The notes beneath the pieces are model-generated. The model saw only the letters and a list, made by a program, of their open reading frames with translations, searched no databases and was not told where the DNA came from. The position numbers were made by a program, and so were the translations under genes. DNA of 64,000 nucleotides from Balanoglossus misakiensis (taxonomy: Eukaryota > Animalia > Hemichordata), in assembly GCA_040954595.2 (NCBI GenBank), contig CM082576.2, positions 8,621,129 through 8,685,128 on the forward strand, in the 5' to 3' direction. This document shows, piece after piece, positions 39,101 to 50,838 of this stretch; the first letter of the stretch is position 1, and every line of letters begins with the position of its first letter.

Positions 39101-42100
39101 TCATCATTGTGCAAGCAATATGCCGTTCCATCGTCAATTGTGAATGCATTGCCAGATTAAAAATGACGTTATGGCGTTGGACACCATTCACTGATTGTGT
39201 GTTGGTGTCCAAAATAGTCACTTCATAAACATAGCTTCTATGAAGCCGAGATAATGTATTAGAATTTAGAAAGGGCGAAGCAACATAATCAGTAAATGGA
39301 TCGAAAAACGACTACAATGACATCTCGCAGGCATAAAAAAAACATATTCCAAGAATACAGCGCAGGTACCCGCTGACACAGTGTTCGACTTTTCATATAG
39401 TTTTCTGGGTTATCTCTGGTTTATTTATTTTTTCTCTCTCGAGGAACAAGTCGTGAATTATTTTTAAATCGACCGGGGAAGATTTCCTCCACAAATCTTT
39501 CTCTAGAAAAGTTTACGACCCAATCCTGTGCAAACTGTATCCCACCGCAGGCAGTGACGATAAACACCTGTGTGGCAACTGAACTATTAGGAGCTGTACA
39601 GAGTCGACAAACACATCGCTTTTCCCGCGCTAACGTCTAGCCGAAGGGCCGCAATAGCTCAATGCTACGCGGGCGGATCTCGGAGCCGAGGATTATAATT
39701 TAATTTGCCAATAAAGCCATTTTAAAAGAATCATTACACATAATTAGCGGATATAACTCTCCCCAGATTAAGCTCTGTCAGTGTCGATTTGCAAAGCGAT
39801 AGGAAATCGTTCTGGACACATTTTTTTTAATCTCTGTATTTTTCATTGCAAGCCGACGCGAAATTGGCGGCGACTATCGTGTTTCATTTCACTCCCTTGC
39901 AAGTATTATTCGGAATTATTGCTTATTTGTTGGCGACATAAGAGGCTATTGAAGCCCCACAGGCAAGTCATTACATATTCATTCTGTGACATTACAGCAG
40001 CTCGGCGCCCGGTAATTGCCGTGTTCAGCAGCGATAGATGACGAAAGCTCAAAGCCCAGCTCATGACGCCCGAGCACTGGCGTTATAATGCAGTGTCGTG
40101 TCGGCTCGTCGAACAAAACGATCGCGACGCGATTATTTCTGTACAAAACAGAAATTGCGCAAAAATACGCTCGTATTGCCCAACAGTGAGGTGACGTAGG
40201 CTCATCCCTTTGTTCTTTTTTATCATTGTTGGCGTCACTCAAACGCGTGGTTCTGTATGACATGATCGACAATGGCCAGCAAAAGCAAATAATTCATTGT
40301 TGTCTACGCTAGTATATTGATCGCCCTATTCGGACCCGGCTTTCTGCAAATATTTGAGGTAGTCATTTTTTTTCGCACTCTACATAAGACATTGTGCAAA
40401 TAGTAAGATGATGACCTAATGCATACATTGCTTTAAAAAACCACACGAGATAGTCGAGTGACCGCACTCGAAAGGATACCTTCGTCGTTCGAAATTATCC
40501 GAGCCTTTTCTCTTAAGGAGATGCGTTCCGTATTATCCTAGCGAATCAAGCAAAATACTGCAGGACGTCTGAGCTGCTTTCAACATTTTACAAAACCCAT
40601 ACAGATAAATCTATCCAAGTCTTAGATCTCCAATTTTGCAAAGTGTCGATATTCTGTGCGAAGCGAACGTTTCTGGGTTCTTTCCATTGGCAAGAATTGC
40701 ATTTTTAAAATCCTGCCGGCGTAACAGTAATACTGCAGAGTAACGTCGAGAAAAAAATTGTGGGATCTGTTCTGGACATATATGGATTTCTTTTAAATCG
40801 CGTGTGCGCCTTAAACAAACAGATCAATCGGTTAGATGAATTGCAATTTCGCACCGTCAAATAACAGTGGGCCCGCGTGGGCGGCTGTTTAGCTCCATAC
40901 TTGGGAGCAAACTGTCCGCTTTCATCGCCACTTCCTGCGATGTCCGTAACCAAACCTCGCCAATTGCAGATTTTGATTTTCAAGCGTAAATTTGAAATGA
41001 TGGCGTGGCGTGCTGTGACACGCGTCCCCCGGGGGCACAGACGTCTGGCGAAGACTGCCAAGTGGCATGTCGTGCGCACGTGGCCGTACACTTTCACACC
41101 ATCGTATCAGCGTTTGCCTATTTGCCGTATTTTATATGGCGGGTTTTCAGCGTTCTGTCAAGGCAATGTTTGCGACGAAACGGCGCGCACTATCTCCGTT
41201 CCCGTTACATCACACAAACATTGGGTCTTGCTGGACATTATCGCCACGCTCTCCCGTATCGACGTAAATAACCCGAGATTACACTCTATTAGGGAAAGGG
41301 AATTCGCCACTTACCTTGTTATCCTGTCTACTCTAAAGAAAGATCGCACTCTCTCTACCGCCCTCGGCGTAGTTTTATCTCTCGACCCTGTAAGTCTCTA
41401 CCGAATCTTAGTACACCTCTTGTACACCTCTATGCTAGTCTACTACGCAGCCAAAGTGTAAGTTTGAAGCCACAATTCCGACAAGGCAGTCAAACAATTC
41501 GCATTTATCCAACTGTTGTGGCTCGTTTTCATTTTTTCATTCTAAAGACTCGGTCGCTTTATCTACCTGTGCGGTGTTCCTGTCAATCAGACTATACGTC
41601 CCTCATTATCATTGGTTGTATCTGATTTAGACTGCCCAATGAACACGCAGCGTTCGGTGACATCATCGGCGACCTCTAAGGACGTTTCTGCAGACGGTGT
41701 CAAGAGGAAAAAAGTCCTTCCTCGGAATTCGAAGACCCACACTCCTAACTGAAAAATAGCTTCACAGAGAGAGGGACTATTGGGAGGGGGGGGGCATTTT
41801 CTGATATTGCGGTGGTGAACCGAACCAGAAAAAAAAGTTCAACGCTGAATGACGTTCCCGGCTGAGCCTTGGCTGCCCGGGGGCACTTTGGAGATTCCGA
41901 GACTTTAAAGCACGAAAATGAGATATAATAGCCGCGTTTATGGTTAATTCTGGAAAGCCTCCGTCCCCTAGGGACCCATTAAGAAGGCATGTTGACGCAA
42001 TGTGAAGGCTCACACGCGCGCGCGCGACTTGTTGGTGGACTACATTACGGCGTAGTAAAATTCAAGCGGCAGCATCCATTAGTGGACCGCCGGTCCCTTC

Positions 42101-43829
42101 ATTTAGCGTTGATTTACGGCGTCCAACCTCGGATGTATAGCGATCTGACTATTTCTTAAGTCACAATTTCGTGTCTGTAATTGCCACAAGCAATTGTGCT
42201 TGAATTGACTTCTTCGTCGTCGTAATTTTTTCTCTACTGTAATATTTTCGCGGGGGTGTCTTCTCTACGTTACTGAAAACAAAACACGCTTTTTGCACCG
42301 AAGGGTGAGATTTTGATAATGTGGCTATAGAAGACATGTGTCGTGATTTCGAACAGACCTATTATTTTTAATTCTCCATTTTCTCGGAAATACAAAGCCG
42401 GCTTTTTATATTATTTTCTCGGAAATATATAGACGGCCTTTAACATCAAGTTTGGAGCATGATTGCTCTAAGGTTCGAATTACTAGTGTTACGTTACTGC
42501 ATACATGCTACCGCGGACGACATTATGACGATGTGCGCAAAATCTATATGATTCTTTCAATTGAGTTTTTTCTTCTCTAATATGCCGCTTCCTGTACGTC
42601 ATTTGAACGAAGTCTTGAACGACATTCAAGCGATTTCTAAAAGAAAAAACCTCCACATTCGGAGAACGTTAGCATTCTGACACAATCGTGTGCTCGATCG
42701 CCCGGTGGAGGTGTTGTCCAGCGACGTCCGAAGTCCGTTGCTAGATGACAGTCTCGTGCGGGCGGCTCGGTCCAACTCTCGCTAGTTAAATTGTTAAAAA
42801 AATAGAGAAAGAACCAATTTCCTGAACACAGAGCGGCTAATCATGTACTTTCGAGTCTTCAGTGTCGGGGAGGAAACGATGAGATGAAAACAGAATGCGT
42901 AAACGCACCTGTGGTTTCAAGTCAAATTGGTTCATTTAGGACTTGATGAAGATATATCATGCGGACGGGTATTGTATGTTAAAGCCTATCCTTTGCGCGC
43001 AAAAAAACACATTATCTTTTCTTGTTAATGGGATAGCATGTTTTCTATCCCACAGTACACTGACAGCTCAGTCAAACGAAGGCCACACGATAAGTTGAGT
43101 TACGAAAGAAAACTATGTTGAACGTACGACACATAGTGGGTAAATTTAAAAACGTTTCTATTATCGAGCGCGTAATAAAGTAGCTTCTTTTTTATGCAAG
43201 ACTTACTCCTTTTCAGCTATTCGACAGAAAAATAATGATCATAATGACTCAGCATTTAGATTCCATATTTTTCTTCCCGTTCCTGTCGGCTCTCATGCTC
43301 TCGGCGTGCCGGTGATGCAATCGTTCACCACTGTTACGAACACCAGACGAGCTGCACGTACATGACTTGTACAAATAAAAAGGAGGGGTAGCCATCGCTG
43401 ACGTCACAGTTTTTCTAAATATAGTGGGAAATCTATGTATCGATAATCCCTGTGCATTCTTTGCAGATGCCTGACCAAACTTCTTACATACTACAGTCGT
43501 GCGTCATACGCCACGGCCATGGTCACTAAGTCGCGAGAGTCGAGAACCACGCCCGTCGTACCACCGTGACGTCACAAGCAAGCGAATCCCCCAAGTATTT
43601 TACGGCCTTCTAAAATTGTCTTGACCCAACATATTGACTAGAAAATTTCAATGGGACGAGATAGCGCGGTAGTCGGCACCAGTCCGCGGCCGCGCCTTCG
43701 GCAAGGCTAGCTGTTCTTTAGTTACTGGTCTCGCAGAGCCGTAAATTGGCATAAAAGTACCAAGTAGGCCTACTTTGCCAGAACAAACACTTGCCATGGA
43801 TCAATTGTTCGGATAACCAAGGTCCACCG

Positions 43830-43835
43830 TTTATT
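43830..43835 (-). promoter_or_regulatory. Candidate GPB5-B polyadenylation signal
   Basis: AATAAA on the - strand about 550 nt downstream of the stop codon. Confidence 0.4.
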
Positions 43836-44379
43836 TCTTTCACGTTGATCTTTTGCTAATTTAAACCTGTTATAAATCTGCGTGATTTTGTTAATGTTTG
43901 AACCATACCATATATATACATAGAAACACAATCAATTCAAAGCCGCTCTTGGCAAAGTACATTGTATGATTTTTGAAATTATATCAGGTTACGAGATATA
44001 TTATGGATCCAGACCTTAATTTGGTGTTAAATTATATCGACTCTATACACAGCAGCAAAGTGACTGAAAAGTGGGAAATATTTACACCAAAGAGTGCTTA
44101 AAATAAATAGTGATGAAATAAATATCTTTGTGGTGTGCAATAGTTAGGCAGTCCTCTCAAGCTCCTTTTGCGTAAATTCAGATATGGCCATCAAGGGGAA
44201 AATGAAAACAACGACAGTTATGTGGTCTCCGCCCTCCGCCGTATCAAAAATAGATACAATAATATCTGGTGCAGTAAAATGGCAGTGTTCCTTGATCAAA
44301 TCTCGGCGCCAGTGGCTCATCATCATCCATGTTTCCTGGCGTTTCTCAGCATTGATCTCAGTGATATAAGGCGCATGCG

Positions 44380-44589
44380 CTATCTACCGGCTCGGTTATC
44401 CACACGAAAGTAGTAAGCAGTGTTTTCGATAGAGGGCTTCGAACAGGCGCATGTAACCGCGTTGATGTACTCGTACGAGGGATCGATGCCGGGGTCACAG
44501 TCGGGTAGCTCAACCGTTTTGTACTCGAAGGAGGCGTATGTGCAGAGACTGTGGTCTGATTCCTTGTATGGCACGCCCAATTTGGGAAC
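44380..44589 (-). CDS. GPB5: GPB5-like copy B, coding exon 2 (VPKLGVPYKESDHSLCTYASFEYKTVELPDCDPGIDPSYEYINAVTCACSKPSIENTAYYFRVDNRAGR-stop)
   Basis: Acceptor tcttcttgaaattAG (44590-44591), phase 0. GPB5 motifs H-x-x-CTY, V-x-LPDCDPG-x-DP-x-Y-x-Y and C-x-C. TAG at 44382-44380. Confidence 0.93.
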   Translation of the reverse strand, partial: VPKLGVPYKESDHSLCTYASFEYKTVELPDCDPGIDPSYEYINAVTCACSKPSIENTAYYFRVDNRAGR

Positions 44590-47500
44590 CTAATTTCAAG
44601 AAGAAGATAAAAAAGAAGACAATTAGCGTTTTTTTTTTTATAAAAAAACTCTCGGAACGACCACGATATAAATACTTTAATCTCGGATAATAAGGAATAT
44701 CAGATGATCATAAAATCGATATTAGTGGTCGGTGCTTTCAAAAAGTCATCGTGTATTACCGCAAAATAAACGTAAGCTACTTAAAATGGAAGACGAACGT
44801 CAAACTCCTCTGTGGCAACAACATTTTTACAGCGTTTTCTTTTCAAAATGCAATAATGATTGACGCACATCGTTTTGAATTTCATTGGTGACCAAGATCA
44901 AAGTCATGTCGGGGATTACAGAGGTATATCTCGACAACATTCGTGCACGTGAACGTGCGTACTGAAAGTTTGCAACTAGTCAATGATGGGGCTGCTCTCG
45001 GTTCTACAGACAGCATTCAAGCACATTTCAATAGCGCTGTCCCAGATTGTGATTTTAAATCTGGGGTTCACTTTTCCTTTGGTTGCGGTTGTCTGTTAGT
45101 ATCAACAAATCGACGACGCATGTCATACATTTTGAACATGCTGTCGTCGCTACAAGAAAATCACTGGTGATGGCCAGACAGGCTGTACGACCCACATAGT
45201 GTGAACTCTCAAAAGGACCCGGATTATGTTCACATCTGTCTGACCCGACAAACATATGCTGTCCCAGTCATATTTTTTTGAAAAGTCGGCATGCCTTTGA
45301 CAGGTGTATGCGGCCAGTGCAATAGTTCTTAGCTTTTTTACTTTTCTCGAAACACAGAGTTTCTAAGATTTTATGGTGTTCTGTTATGACGACACGAGTG
45401 AATTTGAATCCTTGGAGAAAATTACATAATGTCTCAAAATTGGGACAAGATTTCTGAAGTCCAGTGATTTTAGAAATACCCTGCTCGTTATTTTAACTGA
45501 GCGGTCCAATTAAGTTTCCTAGGTGCACCGGTCACAAGGAACGAACTTCCACAGTATATCATCGGTCGGCGCAGTCATCTTGATTTCAGAATCAGTAAAG
45601 TTCAGTTAAATGTGTCGTCTTCAAAAAGGTCACCGCACGAAACTAAAAAACACCTGACGCCGTTGCTTTGGCACTTCAGACGCCGCTTGCTGTCTCGTTG
45701 ATATTTTGGGATCCCTCGATGATATTTGGGATACATTACTCACATTTTCCAATCAGAGTATCAAATGTTGTTTTATCTTTTCTCGCCTTGTTCGCCGACG
45801 AGAAGTTTCATATCAAGTTAAATGAACCGCCGTTTTATATTGGATTGGATTTATGGATGCTTGGCTTTGAACGTTCACTGAGTGCAAGTACGGCATTTGT
45901 GAATTTTTGTTTCGACTCTGAGCTCGTCCTTGTTTTAATGGGTGTTGTACCATGGATTTGCTTTTGGTCATTAGGTGGAATTGAACATCTTGAGTGAATT
46001 GGTTAGAAAGTTTGTAAGACTCAAACTTTTTCCACGTCGGTTTTTTTTGTTAATCCATGTGCATAAAATATTGATTTAAACGTGGGTGATAAAAACCCAC
46101 GCATTATTTGATGTTACATAATCAATTCTCATTTGTTCTTAGCTGAGTAAGCTTTGACATTTCATACTGAACACGCTGAACACCACAGTTCTTGGGAAAG
46201 CTAAAAATGAATAATTTAGAGATCGGTTCGGAGATAGAAGAGACCTCTGCGACGTGATGCGCCCAGTTATCCGATCACTCCTACTTTTGAAGATTAATAA
46301 ACCTATTTGTCGCGGGATTAGTTGAAATTACGCCGAGTTGCGTCAAGAAGCGCTTCCTTGATCACGATCTCTACGGCAGACGCACAGAATTGACCCTTGT
46401 TTGATTCACACACACACCTGATGACGTCAACTCACAAACAAAGTGGAACGCGCTCTCAATCAGACTGATACCCCGACGTATTAAAGCCTAGAAAGTTTTT
46501 AGTGACGCAGAATTTGCGCGGGCTTGGGTGTTGATCCCAGCTCTCCATTTCTGTAGCACATTTAAAAAAAAAAAAAAACGAAAAAAACTGGTCACCTCGT
46601 CGCTATTACAGTCCTCGAAACTCGATGAAAACGATACTGTCGCTCGGGTCATGTGATGATAGCCGGGCGCGGCACTTCGCGTTACTGAAACGCTTGCAGT
46701 ATACACGCTACTACCGTAATTCATCGACCGCGCTGTTAAATGTTTAAGGAGATGAAAACCCTCCAGTCATGGATTGTCCTGATAATAGCACTAGTTTATC
46801 CCAGGGGGCTTTTTTTCGAAAATAAACGCCGAGTCTAAGAACTACAACATTTGCTATTCTTCAAATATTTAAACTGATCCCCAGACCAGTGTATAAAATA
46901 TGACGTGTTAATAATATACGATGAGAACGAGAAAATAACAAAAGTGAAATATGTATATCAACCGTGTTGTAAATTAGCTCACCGAGGAGTGTTCCACTGT
47001 TTATCCGTAGCTTTCAAGGGTCGTGTGTATATTTTATTCAAATTCTGATAAATTACTGTTTTTATCCCCCGGGTATAATCTCTAAAGGTGTCAATTCCTC
47101 AACAATCAAGATGAAAAAGACACCGAAAGCATACTATCCGTGTCTGAAAAATGAGTTAGCTCTAAATTTTGATAGTATATTCACTATTTTTGTTCCGTCT
47201 GTCACTGGCCTACAGTTTCTTGTTCTACCACCGGTCATACTTTGTCACATCATGTAAACCTTTCTAAAACCGATATAACCAAGAAAATCTGCGATTACAT
47301 GGATGTATTCTCCAGTGTGTGACGTCACTGGTCTCAAAATACCAGGATCATGGCGACCAGTAATACACGGTAACGCCCGTTACTCAAACCTTCCAAAGGC
47401 ATTTCATTTCACTTTTAAACGATGACATCGCGATCACACAGTCAACGGAACAAACTGCTATATATCACCAACATCTGTCTGCTGTAGACATGGAACTCTG

Positions 47501-50500
47501 ATTACGTCATCGGTATAAACCAAACTGAAACATCGGTAAAAACTTCCATATTTCAAAGGGATAGCGCTATCATGTCCCCAAGGTCCAGAGATGTGGACCA
47601 TGGATAGTCACATGACCACAAAGAATACAACCGTTAACGAAGACAGAAAAATAGAACTGTATGAAAGTTTGCCGACATACACTCATAATCCGATCGGCTA
47701 GGTCGGCGTTCCCCGCAAAATAATTACGTTTTCAAGATGACAGGACGGATGATGGATCGCAACAAGAAGCAGCAGGGGTTATTCAGGCAACACGTAAATG
47801 AATTCTGTACTGGGCTTCTTTTCTTTAAAAAAAAGAAGTCCATACGCTATTACTTTACTGCCGTGCGTCTATGCACGTGTCGTAAATCAAGTTGCAAACA
47901 AAATTCTACATTACCATGACGACGCGAATGCCACGGTGACAATTGTATCGATTAAACCGAGTCATAAATCCGGGCCGCGACTGTGAGTGTTAAACTGACC
48001 CTACGCAGAGATAAAAGTTGCCCAGAATGATCAGGTCGCACATATATTTGACCTGCGCCTTCGGGGATTAATTTAGCCCTTCCCGATATTGATTTAAATA
48101 ATTAATCTTTGGATATGAATAGAATGAAAGGGGCAATGCAGCACCATCGAAAATAAAGCGGGCAAAGCATCGCTTAGTTTAATTGTGTTGCATTCACAGT
48201 TTTGTTGAAAAGGATAATGGCGATTTTAAGATACTCTAACAACTGCAGAAGTCATCAAACTCGACAGAAAACAAAACCCACGGCATTTTCGATCTCTTAC
48301 AATTACATCCCATGGATAGGAGTTATTAATCCATTTCAAAGATGAATAATTGACAACATTCGGCGTTAATAATTGAAATCGATACACACTACTCAACTGT
48401 CCTATTAGATTTCGCCCATAGCTATCCACGCTTTCGGTGTAGAAGGTTCCATTCAGCTGTATGTTGGTACGTCCAATTTGATAGTGACTATTTAAGAAAA
48501 AATCTTCAAGCGGAATGAAACAAAACAAAACTTAAACAGATTGTCACCGCGATAGATCCTTGTTATAGGAGAACCCTCACAGGTACCTCCTTTTTAAGTT
48601 TCTTTAACATTTTATCCTCGTGTCTACCTTTATATGTTTTGTTTTTTTAATTTTTCCCTCGTTTAGCAGTCACTAACTCACTAATGAATCCGGTCTCTTC
48701 ATTTGCCGGACTCCAAAGATGAAAGAAAGTCTTTTTCGAATTCCTGTTCATAATTTCTTCGCAATGAAAGAGTACTATACTCGCCGGAACCTTTGGTGAT
48801 TTGTTTTGTTTGGGGATTTATTGGGTGAGATGAAATTATTATGAAGGCCTCCCTCGATTGACTCTTTTCTCATGGAGATCATCCGTTCCCCGCCAAAGAA
48901 AAGCCGTGTCGGTATTCCACGGACGTCAGACGCCATGGGGGAAGATTCAAGTGCATGATGGGTAAAATCTAAATTATGGAGGAGAATGATAGATCATTGG
49001 AGATAGCTTTAAAGTGCTGATATTCGAATCATTTTGGCCTTGCATACATAAATTAAACTTTCTTTTTTATTCACCACACGTGTTCGATATTTGCTTATAG
49101 AATGATTAATTATTAAAGTCACATCTTTACTTTACAGAAATCATATCTAAAGGACTGGCATTGGAATATTGTTGTCATCGTATAAATAAATAAATTAAAT
49201 ATATTGCCTTCATTTACCACACATGTTTTCGATTCTCACTAGTTATATCTTTTATTGTAACGTTCATTTCCCTTTGATATGTAGTCCCTGTCTCCTTCAG
49301 CGACCGGCGGCCAAAATACGTCATGGATTTTTATTTATGGTCAAACACTGTCGGTAAATTACCGAAGGCTGTGTTTCACAGAGTGACACAACTAATTTAT
49401 TAAAGCAAACTATCCCTCGGTCGTCGCCTGTTGGCGGGAAAAAAGTTTGTTTCTGCTCGCTGACGACTGCTGAGGAGTCAGTACAAAGCACTGTAACAAG
49501 TGGCAACTGTCTGGTTCGCATCGACGCAGCGCGCATATGGTGTGCGCATTGATTGCTGGAATGCGTTCATACCGTGACTTTCAGGCAGAGACAACGAATA
49601 ACCAACATGCAAGTCGGCTCGCAAAATCGTAAATATTGTTGCACGGTTGGGTAATAAAACGTGGGAATATGTCTCTGGTGTTTTATGCGGGTGAGGGGAT
49701 TTCTGGAACAGGTAGTTTGTCTTGTTCGAACGAAGTGCTTTGATGAGGTGTGCGCACGCTGTTCAGCGTCACTTCTGGAAAATACCAGAAAATTTGCGCA
49801 TATTTCACGGACCATCTGAATGCCACATAATGAAGGCGCGCATTGCTAAGGTCAAGGCGAAGTCTAAATAGTAGAAGACGGCGAAAAAAAAGATTCGGCA
49901 GAAAAGTCGCGCGTAGTATTCCGAGTTCGGAGTAATTGACTAATAACTTTTCCTGGGCTATGTTACCATGGCGAAAATGGTGACGGTTCTCAAATCTGCG
50001 AGGATAATTCCATCCATTATTTTCGAATCCGAACAGCGACTCTCTCAGACCCCGGTGACTCATCGCCACCGGATGTACGTGTTTACTCTTCAGGTGTACT
50101 TCGTACTTTGAATAAATCTTACGATTTCTATTTGAACGTCACAGTCCATCGCGCATCGATGGGTACCCATGTCGCCACAGCTACAAGCGCAGTGTATATC
50201 TTGAGGTTGGGAATAAAGTTAAACGAAAGAGTTTGAGAATTTTAAAAACAATCTCGTCAGGTTGAACATTTTAAATGGCCACAATCTGCAAATGATATAT
50301 GAAGTTATGCAACAGTTTTAATATATCAATAATATTACGCCATGATTGTTTGCCGTGATCCATGTTCACTTGTAAGTATTATGGGCTGCCGGGGCGATAG
50401 AATATTCTCTCACCACCGGGCCACACAATGTGTTTACCCCAGCTGAAAATTGCTGTAAGTAAAATTAATTAAAACATCACACATTGGAATTAAAGTTTTT

Positions 50501-50524
50501 TTAAAATAAACAAATCAATCTTAC

Positions 50525-50719
50525 CTCGAGGGTCTCACACATGCCGTAACACCCCGCTATGTGTATCACATGGGGACGACATCCATCTTTACTCGCCGTG
50601 TGTTTCATCTTCGTGTGCTTGTAGCACCTCAGCGGATCGTAACCGGCGTCCGCCACAGGCAACGTGGAAATCAAAGCGGCAACTCCAATGACGAACAGTC
50701 GGAGCGACACCACTGCCAT
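50525..50719 (-). CDS. GPB5: GPB5-like copy B, coding exon 1 (signal peptide + CYKHTKMKHTASKDGCRPHVIHIAGCYGMCETLE)
   Basis: AAAATGG start, signal peptide ending ADA|G, C-x14-C spacing, cystine-knot CYGMC. Donor GAG|GTAAGA at 50524, at the same position and phase as in copy A. Confidence 0.92.
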
Positions 50720-50803
50720 TTTCTTGTTCTGTCTCTCTCCCTCTCTTTCTCTCCACCCAAGTTTCTTACGGCGCCCTAGACAAGAATTGAACAGTCGGGA
50801 TGT

Positions 50804-50838
50804 AGTGAAATATGTGAGATGCGAAACGTATATTTATA
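50804..50838 (-). promoter_or_regulatory. TATA box + initiator core promoter of GPB5-B
   Basis: Minus strand TATAAATA (50838-50831) lies 32 nt upstream of the A of an Inr-like TTCACT (A at 50806). This predicts an 87-nt purine-rich 5' UTR. Confidence 0.55.

Noticed and set aside
40877-41461. 194-aa ORF and overlapping ORFs
   Set aside because: GTG start, no recognisable domain, Arg/Cys/Trp-scattered composition typical of non-coding GC-richer DNA.
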